A stretch of 64,000 bases of DNA from Arenicellales bacterium (GCA_965231905.1 CBDDOO010000001.1:696235-760234), one strand, 5' to 3'; counted from the first letter of the stretch, positions 26,914-37,545 are shown. The notes: generated from the sequence alone by a model not told the origin. A program made the numbers and translations.

Positions 26914-28005
26914 ATGAACAAAACCCTTAAACAAACCCTGCTGGCGACGGCGGCATTCGGTCTGGTCACCGCGGCGCACGCGGAAACCGAACTGGTGATC
27001 GTGTCATGGGGCGGCGCTTATACCGCAAGCCAGCAAAACGCTTATCATGAACCGTATATGGCGCTCAATCCCGATGTCAAGATCATCAATGATGATTCCG
27101 CCGGTGAAGCGGTCGCCAAGATTCGGGCCATGAATGAAGCTGGCAACGTGACCTGGGCGCTGGTCGATATGGTGCCATCCGACGCCATCCTGTTGTGCGA
27201 CGAAGGCTTGCTGGAAGAAGTCAACCATGATGAAATTCTGGCTCCGGCGCCGGACGGCTCTCCCGCTTCTGTCGATTATGGCGACATGATCGTATCCCCG
27301 TGCTTTATCCCGACCATCGTTTATTCGACCACATTCGGTTATCGCACCGACCTGGTCAGCGAAGCGCCGACTTCCATCCATGATGTATTTGATCTGGAGA
27401 AAATTCCAGGCAAGCGGGCGCTTGAGAAAAAGCCGATCGGCAATCTGGAATGGGCATTGATCGCGGATGGCGTGGACCCTGCTGACGTCTATGACGTAAT
27501 GAGTACCGATGAGGGCATAGAACGCGCCCTGGCCAAGCTCGATACCATCAAGGATAGCGTGATCTGGTGGGACAAGGGAGCGCAGACTCCGCAGTTGCTG
27601 GCGGATGGCGAAATCGTAATGGGCTCCACCTATAACGGTCGCTTGTTCTCGGTTATTGAAGAGGAAAAACAACCGATCGCAATGATGTGGGACTGGCAGG
27701 TGTTTGATCTGGACGGCTGGGTTATTCCGAAAGGCGCGCCGCATCGTGAGGAAGTTCTTGAATATCTGAACTACGCGACCGATACCCAGCGTCTGGCGGA
27801 TCAGGCGAAATTTATTTCCTACGGTCCGGCCCGCGCTTCGTCCGCGACCATGATCGGCAGGCATGCGACCCTGGATATTGAAATGGCGCCACACATGCCG
27901 ACCGCTCCGGATAACGCAAAAACGACCCTTCTGTTCAACTATGAGTTCTGGGCGGACAATCGGGACGACCTGACTGAACGGTTCAATTCCTGGCTGGCTC
28001 AATAA
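26914..28005 (+). CDS. ABC transporter periplasmic substrate-binding protein (PotD/PotF-like family)
   Basis: Signal peptide, LVIVSWGGAY start of the mature protein, and operon context. Confidence 0.8.
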   Translation: MNKTLKQTLLATAAFGLVTAAHAETELVIVSWGGAYTASQQNAYHEPYMALNPDVKIINDDSAGEAVAKIRAMNEAGNVTWALVDMVPSDAILLCDEGLLEEVNHDEILAPAPDGSPASVDYGDMIVSPCFIPTIVYSTTFGYRTDLVSEAPTSIHDVFDLEKIPGKRALEKKPIGNLEWALIADGVDPADVYDVMSTDEGIERALAKLDTIKDSVIWWDKGAQTPQLLADGEIVMGSTYNGRLFSVIEEEKQPIAMMWDWQVFDLDGWVIPKGAPHREEVLEYLNYATDTQRLADQAKFISYGPARASSATMIGRHATLDIEMAPHMPTAPDNAKTTLLFNYEFWADNRDDLTERFNSWLAQ

Positions 28006-28038
28006 GGCTGGTTGGGTGACTTGTACCAGGTCACAATG

Positions 28039-28080
28039 GATCATCGGGGCGACTGGTTTATGCCCCGATGATCTTGTTTT
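28039..28080 (+). terminator. intrinsic-terminator-like hairpin between the binding-protein and permease genes
   Basis: An 11-bp perfect stem (GATCATCGGGG / CCCCGATGATC) is followed by TTGTTTT. Confidence 0.55.
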
Positions 28081-28115
28081 ATGAAGACAAGCAGATTGTA
28101 TGAGTGATATTCAGG

Positions 28116-29396
28116 ATGGCTGACGCAACGGCAACGATGAATCAACCGACGGCGGAAACCCTGGTTACCGCCGACGGTGTTCCTCTGAAGGTCAGTCTGG
28201 CCCGCGCCCAGCGTCGTGGCAAACTGAAAGCCATCGGACTGGTTGTTCCGCTCTTTCTTTTTATTCTCGTTGCCTTTTTCGTTCCGATACTCGACATGTT
28301 GTTTCGCAGTGTCGAAAATCAACTGGTCGGACAGGTCATGCACCGAACCGCTCCGATGCTGCACCAATGGGATGATCAAAGTGGAGAATTACCCGATGAG
28401 GCTGTATTTGCGGCGCTGGCTGAAGATTTCAGGGAAGCAAAAGAAGCGAAATCGTCCGGCAAGGTAGGTCGACGACTGAATTACGAAAAACCCGGTTTCT
28501 CCGGCTTGTTCAGAAAAACCGCGCGGAAAATAAATACGGTCGAACCGCCCTATCAGCAGGCGTTTATCGAACTGGACAAAAAGTGGGGCGACATCGAGAA
28601 CTGGAAGGTTTTCAAGAGGGAAAGCTCGGCATTTACCGTTTCCTATTATCTGGCGGCAATGGATATGGGATACGGCGAGACCGGAGACATTGTACGCAAC
28701 GATGACAAAAGGCGGATATATCTGAAGCTGTTCTGGCGGACGATCTGGATGAGTTTGTTGATCACCGCAGTCTGCCTGATTCTGGCTTATCCGATTTCAT
28801 ACCTGCTGTCGGTGCTGCCCACCCGGAAAAGTAACCTGCTCATCATCCTGGTATTGCTGCCGTTCTGGACGTCGTTGCTGGTCAGGACTACGGCATGGAT
28901 TGCGTTGCTGCAGCAAGAAGGCGTGATCAACGATTTTCTGGTCTGGCTGGGACTCGTTGCCACCGATGATCGTCTGGCGATGATTCACAATCGCACCGGG
29001 ACAATCGTGGCCATGGTGCATATCCTGCTGCCGTTCATGGTATTGCCCCTGTTCAGTGTCATGAAAACCATTCCGCCGAGTTATATGCGAGCGGCAAAAT
29101 CGCTGGGCGCCACACCGTTTACCGCATTTGTACGGGTTTATATGCCGAACACGGTTTCGGGGATTGGCGCGGGCGCCATTTTAGTGTTCATTCTTGCCAT
29201 TGGTTACTATATCACTCCGGCGCTGGTTGGCGGTCAAAGCGGTACACTGATCAGTAACTTTATCGCCTTCCACATGTCCAGTTCACTGAATTGGGGTCTG
29301 GCAGCCGCATTGGGTTCGATTTTACTGGTGATCGTGCTGGTTCTGTACTTCCTGTACGATAAACTGGTCGGCATCGACAATATGAAACTGGGATAG
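28116..29396 (+). CDS. ABC transporter permease (PotB-like) with a long N-terminal extension
   Basis: Multi-TM protein with an EAA-type loop (AAKSLGATPFTAFVRVYMP). The ATG at 28116 is preferred to the GTG at 28104. Confidence 0.8.
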   Translation: MADATATMNQPTAETLVTADGVPLKVSLARAQRRGKLKAIGLVVPLFLFILVAFFVPILDMLFRSVENQLVGQVMHRTAPMLHQWDDQSGELPDEAVFAALAEDFREAKEAKSSGKVGRRLNYEKPGFSGLFRKTARKINTVEPPYQQAFIELDKKWGDIENWKVFKRESSAFTVSYYLAAMDMGYGETGDIVRNDDKRRIYLKLFWRTIWMSLLITAVCLILAYPISYLLSVLPTRKSNLLIILVLLPFWTSLLVRTTAWIALLQQEGVINDFLVWLGLVATDDRLAMIHNRTGTIVAMVHILLPFMVLPLFSVMKTIPPSYMRAAKSLGATPFTAFVRVYMPNTVSGIGAGAILVFILAIGYYITPALVGGQSGTLISNFIAFHMSSSLNWGLAAALGSILLVIVLVLYFLYDKLVGIDNMKLG

Positions 29397-29409
29397 AGCC
29401 GAGGAGATC

Positions 29410-30261
29410 ATGTCCTTACCCGCATACACAACTCCGTTGGAAAGAACCTGGCACTACACTTATCTGGTGATTTGCGGGTTGATATTCTTTTTCCTGATCG
29501 CGCCTATCGTGATCATTATCCCGTTGTCCTTCAACGCCGTGCCTTTTTTCACCTTTACTGAAAAAATGCTGACCTTTGATCCGTCAGGGTACTCGCTCAA
29601 ATGGTATGAGGATTTTTTCACCAACCTGAACTGGCAGGGCGCTGTGGAGAACAGTTTTATCATTGCCGTATTTTCGACGCTGATTTCTACCAGTCTGGGA
29701 ACCGTGGCTGCCCTGGGACTCAGTCGCGAAGACATGCCGTACAAATCTGTCGTCATGGGTATACTGATTTCCCCGATGATTGTGCCGCTGATCATCTCTG
29801 CCGCCGGAATGTATTTTTTCTACACCAAGATCGGGCTGTCTTCCACCCATCTCGGTGTGATACTGGCGCATGCGGCATTGGGCACCCCGTTCGTCGTCAT
29901 AACGGTCACCGCAACACTGGTTGGTTTCGACCATAGTCTGATACGGGCCGCAGCCACCCTTGGCGCATCGCCGACGACCACATTTTTCAAAATCATCGTG
30001 CCGCTGATTCTGCCGGGCGTGATTTCCGGCGCATTGTTCGCATTCATCACCTCATTTGACGAGGTGGTCGTGGTGCTGTTCGTCGGTAGCTATGAACAGC
30101 GTACCATTCCCTGGCAGATGTTCTCTGGTATTCGCGAACAGATCAGCCCGACCATTCTGGCGGTGGCGACACTGCTGGTCATAATGTCGATTATGTTATT
30201 GTCCTCTATCGAGTTGTTGCGCCGGCGTGGTGAGAGATTGCGCGGCATCACCCCGCATTGA
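29410..30261 (+). CDS. ABC transporter permease (PotC-like)
   Basis: GAGGAG Shine-Dalgarno, six predicted TM segments, and the loop AAATLGASPTTTFFKIIVP. Confidence 0.85.
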   Translation: MSLPAYTTPLERTWHYTYLVICGLIFFFLIAPIVIIIPLSFNAVPFFTFTEKMLTFDPSGYSLKWYEDFFTNLNWQGAVENSFIIAVFSTLISTSLGTVAALGLSREDMPYKSVVMGILISPMIVPLIISAAGMYFFYTKIGLSSTHLGVILAHAALGTPFVVITVTATLVGFDHSLIRAAATLGASPTTTFFKIIVPLILPGVISGALFAFITSFDEVVVVLFVGSYEQRTIPWQMFSGIREQISPTILAVATLLVIMSIMLLSSIELLRRRGERLRGITPH

Positions 30262-30274
30262 GCTAATCCCGCCC

Positions 30275-31180
30275 CTACCACCCCGATTCCCCTGCCACCC
30301 CGGACTGGTGGATGAAATTGGCTTCCAGCAGTTCTTCATGCTCCGGCCACCACATACCCTCCGGTGGATGGCTGAATATCTTCTGTAGAAACGATTCCGA
30401 AACCCCTTGTGCCCTGAACAGGGCAATGTCTTTGGCCTGCTCCTCTTCGAGGTTGAAGTTCGGGTGAATTGTGAATGTCTGGTACTGATGAAATCCGAGC
30501 CTGGCATTTACTGCGAGAGTGCGCCTGACACCTGCGGCAAATGCCGTGGTGCAGGCGGACATACAGTGGTCAAGGCTATAGGTGTTCAATTGGTTTTCCC
30601 TGATTACCCTGGCCAGCCCCCGGCCTTCTGAGATCTGTCCGCCATCACTGTCCAGAATCACCCCGGCAACTTGTGGATTCTGTTCGATAAACTCGGAAAA
30701 CCGCCGGGTGATTCCGGACTGGATGGGTCCACGCAAATGCACTATAGCGCCCTGGTTGACCAGATCAAAAGTATATTCCGGTGGAATCACAAAACCCTCG
30801 TGCGGGTTCAGACTGTGTCTGTATTCTGTCAATGACTGGTAGCTGGAAAATGCCGATGCCAGGGTTGCAACGATACTCAGCACTACAACTCCCTGGACGA
30901 CGATGATCCAGCTTCTGTCAATACCCTGTTGCAGAGACTTCTCGCAGGTACGCAAGACCCCGATGGCCTGCCAGGGATAGATAATCAATCGCACCAGAAT
31001 CGAGAAGATCAGCACGGCGACGCTGACCACGGTTTCTCCTTCGAGCCAGGGAGGATAGATGAATCTTTCCAGGAAATTCAGTATGAAAAACAACAAAACC
31101 AGATTGACCAGGCAGGCGCGGGCCAACGGTAAATCCCCCCGCCAATGACGCTGGACGTACTGGATCAAATTGTCCCTCAC
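30275..31180 (-). CDS. hypothetical membrane protein with a C-terminal soluble domain
   Basis: Three to four N-terminal TM helices are followed by a ~170-aa domain (VILDSDGGQISEGRGL) that resembles ClpP/NfeD-like serine-peptidase folds. This is a weak call. Confidence 0.4.
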   Translation of the reverse strand: MRDNLIQYVQRHWRGDLPLARACLVNLVLLFFILNFLERFIYPPWLEGETVVSVAVLIFSILVRLIIYPWQAIGVLRTCEKSLQQGIDRSWIIVVQGVVVLSIVATLASAFSSYQSLTEYRHSLNPHEGFVIPPEYTFDLVNQGAIVHLRGPIQSGITRRFSEFIEQNPQVAGVILDSDGGQISEGRGLARVIRENQLNTYSLDHCMSACTTAFAAGVRRTLAVNARLGFHQYQTFTIHPNFNLEEEQAKDIALFRAQGVSESFLQKIFSHPPEGMWWPEHEELLEANFIHQSGVAGESGW

Positions 31181-31297
31181 CAGCTCACCGGCGGCGGACA
31201 GGCACAGCGCTCCCCGATCAAGGCCTGCCCTTGACCTGATCGGGGGCCGGGGACAGGCTCTGCAACGGACGAAAACTGTCTCGGACCGACACCATCA

Positions 31298-31337
31298 CTC
31301 CCCCCTCGAGGGGGAGTCACAATCCGCGAAGCGGATG
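31298..31337. repeat. REP-like hairpins (ACTCCCCCCTCGAGGGGGAGT and ATCCGC-GAA-GCGGAT)
   Basis: Two adjacent stem-loops in a 202-nt GC-rich gap between convergent genes. Confidence 0.4.
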
Positions 31338-31382
31338 TGGTGGGGGGAGAGGGGCGCAAGGATCTATACTTACGCCCCTGGT

Positions 31383-32867
31383 TCACCGAGCAACCCGTTG
31401 ATTGAATTCGTCGATCAATCTGTCCCATTCATCCGCCTGCCCGGAAATGTCGTCCCAAAAGGACTGCTTCCTCCTCAAGTTGAAATCCTGAACCGGGATT
31501 CCCCGCTGCTCGACCCAGGTATAGTAGCCGAGATTGAAAATACGTTGTTTGTCGTTTGATGAAAGTTCGAGTACATGGGCAGGTTCACATCCCGACAAGG
31601 TGCGGCCGAAAACTTCGGCAGCCTGTGTTTCGCCGAACTGGCCATTGAAGTATTTTTGTTTGACATGCCCGATTTCGCTGGAATAGAGCTTTGCCCCATC
31701 CGTCGCTATGCAGATGATGATGTCGTTGTTGTCCAGGTCCTGATGCCGGGCTATCTTGATGGCGGTCTGAATATTCGCCAGACCCGATAGCCCGATGTGC
31801 CTGAATTGCGTAAGCAATGGCTCAGAAACCCCGCTCCTCGCCGCCACAAACTCCAATCCCTCACGGGTGTTGAACAGAACATTCAGCAGGTCAGGGCCGG
31901 AATCTGAAATACCGACCACATAGTCCATGTTCAGGACATTGTGTATCAGCGGAATATGCTTGTCACCAATACCCTGTATACGGTGTTCTCCGTAGCCGTT
32001 GTTAAGCATGGTAGGGCATTCGAGGGGTTCTGTCGCAATGATGTTCGAACCGAACCTGGACTTCAGGTAATCACCGGCAGCGATCGTGCCGGCAGACCCG
32101 GTTCCGGCTACCAGCCCATACAGGCGGTCATCCTTCCCGGCTAACTGTTCATACAGCCTGCCCATTGAAGGGCCGGTAATATTCCTGTGGCACAGATAAT
32201 TCGCGAATTCGCTGAACTGATTCAGAATCACATTGGAAGGGTCCTGGGCGAGGGCATCGCAGGCGTCATAAATTTCCTTGACGTTACTCTCCGAGCCGGT
32301 CGTTCGGATAATGTCCTGTTCCGGTTGAAGGGTCCATTGTTGCAGCCAGTCAAATCTTTCCTGACTCATCTGTTCGGGCAATACCGCCACCCCGCGACAC
32401 CTTAAGATTCGGGAAATAGCAATGCCACCCCGGCAATAGTTGCCGGTTGACGGCCAGATTGCCCGGTTGTTCACCGGGTCAATGCCGCCAGTGACCAGCC
32501 GGGTCACCAGACAGGCATAAGCAGCCAGCGCCTTGTGAGCCGCGATCATCGGAAATGTGTCGCCGATTGCAACCACGATCCGCGCCCTGACACCACTCAG
32601 CCCGGTGGGGATTTCCAGCCAGGCGGGCGATGGCAGTATCCGGCTGCCCTGATGATCGTTGAACCAGTGAATACGGAACAGGTTCAACGGGTCGGCCTGA
32701 TTCACGGAGATGCTCCGCAGTCTGTCCAGGATGTCCGCCGGAATTTTGGCGGGATTCGCAAGTTCAGCGAAAGCAGGCAGTACAATACGATGCCTGCGGG
32801 CGTGGGCAATCGACCGGTCAAGAATGTCCTGATTGTGCACTACGGGCTTGATGAGCAGTTCTGACAT
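31383..32867 (-). CDS. PLP-dependent enzyme, fold type II (cysteine synthase / Trp synthase beta-like) family
   Basis: FPMIAAHKALAAY (candidate PLP lysine), PSTGNYCRGG and AGTGSAGT blocks. The start is taken at MSELLIKP (32867) to avoid overlap with pyrE. Confidence 0.55.
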   Translation of the reverse strand: MSELLIKPVVHNQDILDRSIAHARRHRIVLPAFAELANPAKIPADILDRLRSISVNQADPLNLFRIHWFNDHQGSRILPSPAWLEIPTGLSGVRARIVVAIGDTFPMIAAHKALAAYACLVTRLVTGGIDPVNNRAIWPSTGNYCRGGIAISRILRCRGVAVLPEQMSQERFDWLQQWTLQPEQDIIRTTGSESNVKEIYDACDALAQDPSNVILNQFSEFANYLCHRNITGPSMGRLYEQLAGKDDRLYGLVAGTGSAGTIAAGDYLKSRFGSNIIATEPLECPTMLNNGYGEHRIQGIGDKHIPLIHNVLNMDYVVGISDSGPDLLNVLFNTREGLEFVAARSGVSEPLLTQFRHIGLSGLANIQTAIKIARHQDLDNNDIIICIATDGAKLYSSEIGHVKQKYFNGQFGETQAAEVFGRTLSGCEPAHVLELSSNDKQRIFNLGYYTWVEQRGIPVQDFNLRRKQSFWDDISGQADEWDRLIDEFNQRVAR

Positions 32868-32874
32868 GGATTTA

Positions 32875-33549
32875 TCAGGAAGCCGCGGCACGGCGCTTGT
32901 CCGCATCCGCTCCATAACGATCCCGATAGCGCGATATCGCTTCAAAATGAGTTACGAACTTCGGGTCTTCCCGCAGAAAGGCAATCAGGTCTTCCAGTTT
33001 GAGCAAGGCATGTACCGGTATCCGGCAGCGCCGCTCAATCACCTGGGCTGCCGAAAGATTCTCGTTGGCTACGATCTCTTGCCGATCCAGGGCGATGATG
33101 AGCGCGCAAGGTGTGGCTCCGGCGGCTCGAATCCGTTCAATGGATTCGACAACCGAGGTTCCCTTTGTGATGACATCATCCAGGATCACCACATTTCCTT
33201 TCAATCCGGCGCCTACGATACTTCCGCCCTCGCCATGGTCTTTTTCCTCCTTGCGGTTGAATGCGTAGTCAACGCCGACGCCGTGGTGATGCGCCAGTTG
33301 CACGGCGGTCGCGGCTACCAGCGGGATTCCCTTGTAGGCCGGACCATACAGCATATAATCATGCGTTATCTTTTCCGACAGCAATATGGCATAACATCTG
33401 GCTATCCGGGCAAGCAGACGGCCATTATTGAACAATCCGGCATTGAAAAAATATGGGCTTTTCCTCCCTGATTTGAGTGTATACTCCCCAAACCTCAAAA
33501 TATCATTTTCAATACAGGTTTGCAGAAGTTCGATCTGATATGACTTCAT
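32875..33549 (-). CDS. pyrE: orotate phosphoribosyltransferase
   Basis: FGEYTLKSGRKSPYFFN and the PRPP-binding motif VVILDDVITKGTS. Confidence 0.92.
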   Translation of the reverse strand: MKSYQIELLQTCIENDILRFGEYTLKSGRKSPYFFNAGLFNNGRLLARIARCYAILLSEKITHDYMLYGPAYKGIPLVAATAVQLAHHHGVGVDYAFNRKEEKDHGEGGSIVGAGLKGNVVILDDVITKGTSVVESIERIRAAGATPCALIIALDRQEIVANENLSAAQVIERRCRIPVHALLKLEDLIAFLREDPKFVTHFEAISRYRDRYGADADKRRAAAS

Positions 33550-33682
33550 GTTTTCAGTCTGATCCCGAATTTCCCCGCTTGTCTCAAGTTAAGTATATTA
33601 TACAGGTCTGATTGATCGGGCGGGATTTTATCAACGCGCCCGAATGCACCCCGATGCCTGGATATGGCTATGGAGATAACCC

Positions 33683-35263
33683 GTGACTGACACTCCCACG
33701 CAAGCGGGAATCCATTCGGCATCCGATATACGATGGACCGCGACATTACGTTCATTTGCCCATCCGCGAGTGATTACGATGTTGTTTTTCGGATTCTCGG
33801 CGGGGTTGCCGCTAATGCTGATATTCTCTTCGCTGTCGCTGTGGCTCAGAGAAGCGGGAATCGAGCGTTCTGTGGTCACCCTGTTCAGTTGGGCCGCGCT
33901 CGGCTATTCGTTCAAATTCATCTGGGCGCCGCTGGTCGATTCTCTGCCGATACCCGGACTGAACCGTAAACTGGGCAGACGCCGAAGCTGGATCCTGCTC
34001 GCGCAATTGATGGTTATTCTGTCGATATCCCTGATGGCGTTGCAGGACCCGTCATCAGGCGGCGACAGTCTGACTTATATGGCAGTTGCCGCAGTGTTGC
34101 TCGGGTTTTCTTCGGCCACCCAGGATATTGTCATTGACGCCTACCGCATCGAGTCGGCGGAAGTAAGGTTACAGGCGCTGATGTCGTCAACATACATCGC
34201 GGGGTATCGGATTGGAATGCTGGTCGCTGGCGCCGGGGCGCTTTATCTGGCGAGCTGGTTCGGTTCCACCTCCGGGCAGTACCTCTATGCGGCGTGGAAA
34301 TTCACTTACTTCGCGATGGCGGCCTTTATGCTGGTGGGAATTGTGACTACGTTACTGATTCCCGAACCCGATGACCATTCAGGCCATGCCCGGGCCGGGG
34401 GGAGTCAGGTCCATGAAAAGTTTCATGTTCTGGTCTTGTTCGTTTTTTGTGTCACCGCCTTTATTTTAACCTACCGGATCTCGGCAGATCTCGCGTCCCG
34501 GTCCAGCGCCATATTGCAGTCGATTCTGCATAATAAGGCGATTGCCGGCATCGTGATTGAATTTGCAAGGCTGGCGGGGGGGGCATTGATCGCCGCCGCT
34601 ACCGCAATTTCACTGGTCAAACTGAACGTGGTTAAAGGGGGTGGGATGAACGTGCTTTATCTTAAACCTGTACAGGACTTCTTCCAGCGATACGGGTTGA
34701 CCAGCGCCTTGTTCCTGCTTGCCCTGGTCGGGCTGTATCGAATCTCGGATATCGTTCTGGGGGTTATCTCGAATGTGTTTTATCAGGATATCGGATACTC
34801 CAAAATCGAGATCGCGACGGTTTCCAAGGCGTTTGGTCTGATCATGACTCTGCTTGGCGGATTCCTCGGCGGGGTACTGGCGATCCGGTTTGGTGTAATC
34901 CGGATTCTCCTGCTCGGCGCCATCCTGTCCGCCGTTACCAATCTGTTATTCCTGTTGCTGGCGCGTATCGGTTATGACATGAACTGGCTGTACATTGTGA
35001 TTGGCGCAGACAATTTGAGCGCCGGAATTGCGACGGCCTCCTTTGTCGCTTTTTTATCGGCCTTGACCAATATCAAATTTACCGCTATGCAGTTTGCCAT
35101 TTTCTCATCGGTGATGACCCTGGTCCCCAAGATGCTGGGTGGATATTCGGGGGCAATGGTCGATACTATCGGGTATTCGCAGTTCTTCATTATCACGACC
35201 CTGCTCGGTATTCCGGTGATTATCCTGATTCTGTTTCTGGCGCGGGATTCCAGATTTTCCTGA
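33683..35263 (+). CDS. ampG: AmpG-family muropeptide MFS transporter
   Basis: FGFSAGLPLMLIFSSLSLWLREAG...KFIWAPLVD...LGRRRSW is the AmpG signature region. It has at least 12 TM segments. GTG start. Confidence 0.85.
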   Translation: MTDTPTQAGIHSASDIRWTATLRSFAHPRVITMLFFGFSAGLPLMLIFSSLSLWLREAGIERSVVTLFSWAALGYSFKFIWAPLVDSLPIPGLNRKLGRRRSWILLAQLMVILSISLMALQDPSSGGDSLTYMAVAAVLLGFSSATQDIVIDAYRIESAEVRLQALMSSTYIAGYRIGMLVAGAGALYLASWFGSTSGQYLYAAWKFTYFAMAAFMLVGIVTTLLIPEPDDHSGHARAGGSQVHEKFHVLVLFVFCVTAFILTYRISADLASRSSAILQSILHNKAIAGIVIEFARLAGGALIAAATAISLVKLNVVKGGGMNVLYLKPVQDFFQRYGLTSALFLLALVGLYRISDIVLGVISNVFYQDIGYSKIEIATVSKAFGLIMTLLGGFLGGVLAIRFGVIRILLLGAILSAVTNLLFLLLARIGYDMNWLYIVIGADNLSAGIATASFVAFLSALTNIKFTAMQFAIFSSVMTLVPKMLGGYSGAMVDTIGYSQFFIITTLLGIPVIILILFLARDSRFS

Positions 35264-35278
35264 CTGGACTGGCGGCGC

Positions 35279-35851
35279 TCAAATCAGCATGCCGCGGCCC
35301 AGGTCAGTCAACGGGTGAACGACCAGGCGCTGTACCAGATTCAATGCCAGCAACGCCAGAATCGGGGTCAGGTCAATACCCGAAATTGCGGGAATCAGTT
35401 GCCGGAATGGTCGCAGGATGGGTTCACTCATACTCGATACCAGCCAGGCTGCCGGATGTCTTGACACGGGCGCCACCCAGCTTAATATCGCGCTGGCGAG
35501 AATGATGATGATCAATATCCAGGTCAATATATTGACCGACTCACCGAGCGCGAGCACAAATGCGCCGGCGGGATGGGTCGGGAATCCCGAAACCGACAAC
35601 AGCAGCATGGTCTTGACAAAGGCTGTTATCAGGATGAGCGCCATGGTTGCCAGGTCAAACCCGAAAAGCCCGGGGATGAACCGGCGGAGGATCTGCAGGG
35701 GAAGGTTTGTAGCGCCGATGACAAGCTGACAGAGCGGATTCCTGAAATCCGCCCGGAAAAGCTGGAACAGGAATCTCAAAACCGCGATGATCAGGTAAAA
35801 ACCGAGGATGGTTTCGATTGTAAAGCTGAGTGCGTTCTGTATATAGGGCAT
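35279..35851 (-). CDS. yggT: YggT-family membrane protein
   Basis: Two YGGT repeats. It lies directly after proC (0-nt gap) in the conserved yggS-proC-yggT order. Confidence 0.85.
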   Translation of the reverse strand: MPYIQNALSFTIETILGFYLIIAVLRFLFQLFRADFRNPLCQLVIGATNLPLQILRRFIPGLFGFDLATMALILITAFVKTMLLLSVSGFPTHPAGAFVLALGESVNILTWILIIIILASAILSWVAPVSRHPAAWLVSSMSEPILRPFRQLIPAISGIDLTPILALLALNLVQRLVVHPLTDLGRGMLI

Positions 35852-36691
35852 TCAGGTTCCTCCCAGCGCGTCCGCCAGTTCATTGGATTTTTCGATGGCC
35901 GCCTGGATTCCATCCGCTATGATCCGGTCAATTCCGTTTCCCTCCATGGATGACAGGGCGGCCTGGGTGGTTCCCCCGGGCGAAGTGACTTGCCGGCGAA
36001 GCTGGTCGGGTGGATATTCGCTGGCCAGAGCCAGTCTGGCAGCCCCCAGGGCGGTTTCGAGAACCAGAGTCTGCGCAGTCTGTTCGTCAAGCCCGTTGTT
36101 TCTCGCCGAGTGGATCATAATTTCCATCAGCTTGAAATAATAAGCCGGGCCGCTGCCGGAAATACCCGTTACGATATCGATATCCCGTTCACTTTCCACC
36201 TGCACCACGGGGCCGACGGATTGCATCACGGACTTCGCGGCCCTGCGTTGATGGTCAGTAGTCCGAGAGTTCGCCAGCATTGCGGTTACGCCGCTGTTGA
36301 CCAGGGCCGGCGTGTTCGGCATTACCCGCACTACCGGCAACTCTGCGCCAATCCAGCGGATGATGTCGGCAATCCGGATACCGGCGACAATCGACAGGAT
36401 CAGGGGTTGGTTCGTTCTTAACAGGTGGTTTGCCGAGGAGACAGCCTGTTGCATCATTTGCGGCTTGACCGCGAAAACGATGATTCCGCCGTGCTGTACA
36501 CAGGGTGGATTATCTGCGTATACCTGAACGCCAAATTGCTGTTGCAGCCGGATTCGCTGATCTTCCATCGGGTCCGAAACGTGGATATGATCGGCTGTCC
36601 AGCCGGATGCAATCAGCCCGCCGATTATGCTGTGCGCCATGTTGCCGCCACCGATAAACGAGATCGTCTGATTTTTTGTCGTTTGATTCAT
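35852..36691 (-). CDS. proC: pyrroline-5-carboxylate reductase
   Basis: ISFIGGGNMAHSIIGGL Rossmann motif and the C-terminal VTSPGGTT motif. The ATG at 36691 is preferred to the longer ORF. Confidence 0.9.
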   Translation of the reverse strand: MNQTTKNQTISFIGGGNMAHSIIGGLIASGWTADHIHVSDPMEDQRIRLQQQFGVQVYADNPPCVQHGGIIVFAVKPQMMQQAVSSANHLLRTNQPLILSIVAGIRIADIIRWIGAELPVVRVMPNTPALVNSGVTAMLANSRTTDHQRRAAKSVMQSVGPVVQVESERDIDIVTGISGSGPAYYFKLMEIMIHSARNNGLDEQTAQTLVLETALGAARLALASEYPPDQLRRQVTSPGGTTQAALSSMEGNGIDRIIADGIQAAIEKSNELADALGGT

Positions 36692-36716
36692 AACTTTAAG
36701 TTCAGTGAAACTCAAG

Positions 36717-37445
36717 CTACAGTGGCCTTGGTCCGAAGATGGCAGTACCAACCCTGAGTTGGGTGGAGCCTTCGGCGATGGCCGCCTCCATATCCGCAGT
36801 CATACCCATCGACAGTTGATCGAGGTTATGCCCTTTCCCGTTCAGGCACTCGAAATGTTCCCGGCACTGACCAAACACGGCGCGCTGCTTTTCAAAATCC
36901 GATTCCGGTTTCGGAATGATCATCAAACCGCGCAGCCTGAGGTTGGGCAGCGTTTCGATATGGTCGGCGAGCTTTTCGGATTCGCGTATCCGGATACCGG
37001 ATTTGGATTCTTCCTGTTGCAGGTTCAGCTGGATCAGTACATTGAGCGGCTTTGATCCGGTTCTGTATCGATCCAGCCGGTCGGCCACTTTTGTCGATTC
37101 GATGGTATGCACCCAGTCAAATTTCTCAGCGATCATCTTGCTCTTTCTGCTTTGTATATGTCCGATGAAGTGCCAGCGGGGTGATCGGGCAATCCTGTTT
37201 TGCCGGTTTTGGGCGCAATATCGAGAAACCTGATCTATTTTCTCTGTCCCCTCCTGCAGAAAATTCTCGGCAAATTCGATGTGCGCGTTCTCCAGCAGTG
37301 TAATGATTTTCTCGATCGGGTGACGCTTGCTGACTGCGATCAAGGATATTGAATCACGCGAACGCCGGTACTTTTGGGCATACCGGTCCATTCGTTCCCG
37401 GGTTTGTTGATAGCGTTGCAGAAGTAAATTTTCTTCGCTTGTCAT
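36717..37445 (-). CDS. yggS: YggS-family PLP homeostasis protein
   Basis: LIAVSKRHP (PLP lysine), HFIGHIQSRK, SMGMTADMEAAI. Confidence 0.9.
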   Translation of the reverse strand: MTSEENLLLQRYQQTRERMDRYAQKYRRSRDSISLIAVSKRHPIEKIITLLENAHIEFAENFLQEGTEKIDQVSRYCAQNRQNRIARSPRWHFIGHIQSRKSKMIAEKFDWVHTIESTKVADRLDRYRTGSKPLNVLIQLNLQQEESKSGIRIRESEKLADHIETLPNLRLRGLMIIPKPESDFEKQRAVFGQCREHFECLNGKGHNLDQLSMGMTADMEAAIAEGSTQLRVGTAIFGPRPL

Positions 37446-37545
37446 CGCGTATCGCGGATCGTTGTCGTGAACAGGTTGTATGGGATTGTACCAGACCGGG
37501 CGTGTCGGATATGATATTATCGACTTCGTTAAACAGATAGCATGA

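Noticed and set aside
27004-28044. 346-aa ORF on the - strand
   Set aside because: It is antisense to the ABC substrate-binding protein gene, has no motifs and has the biased composition of a shadow ORF.
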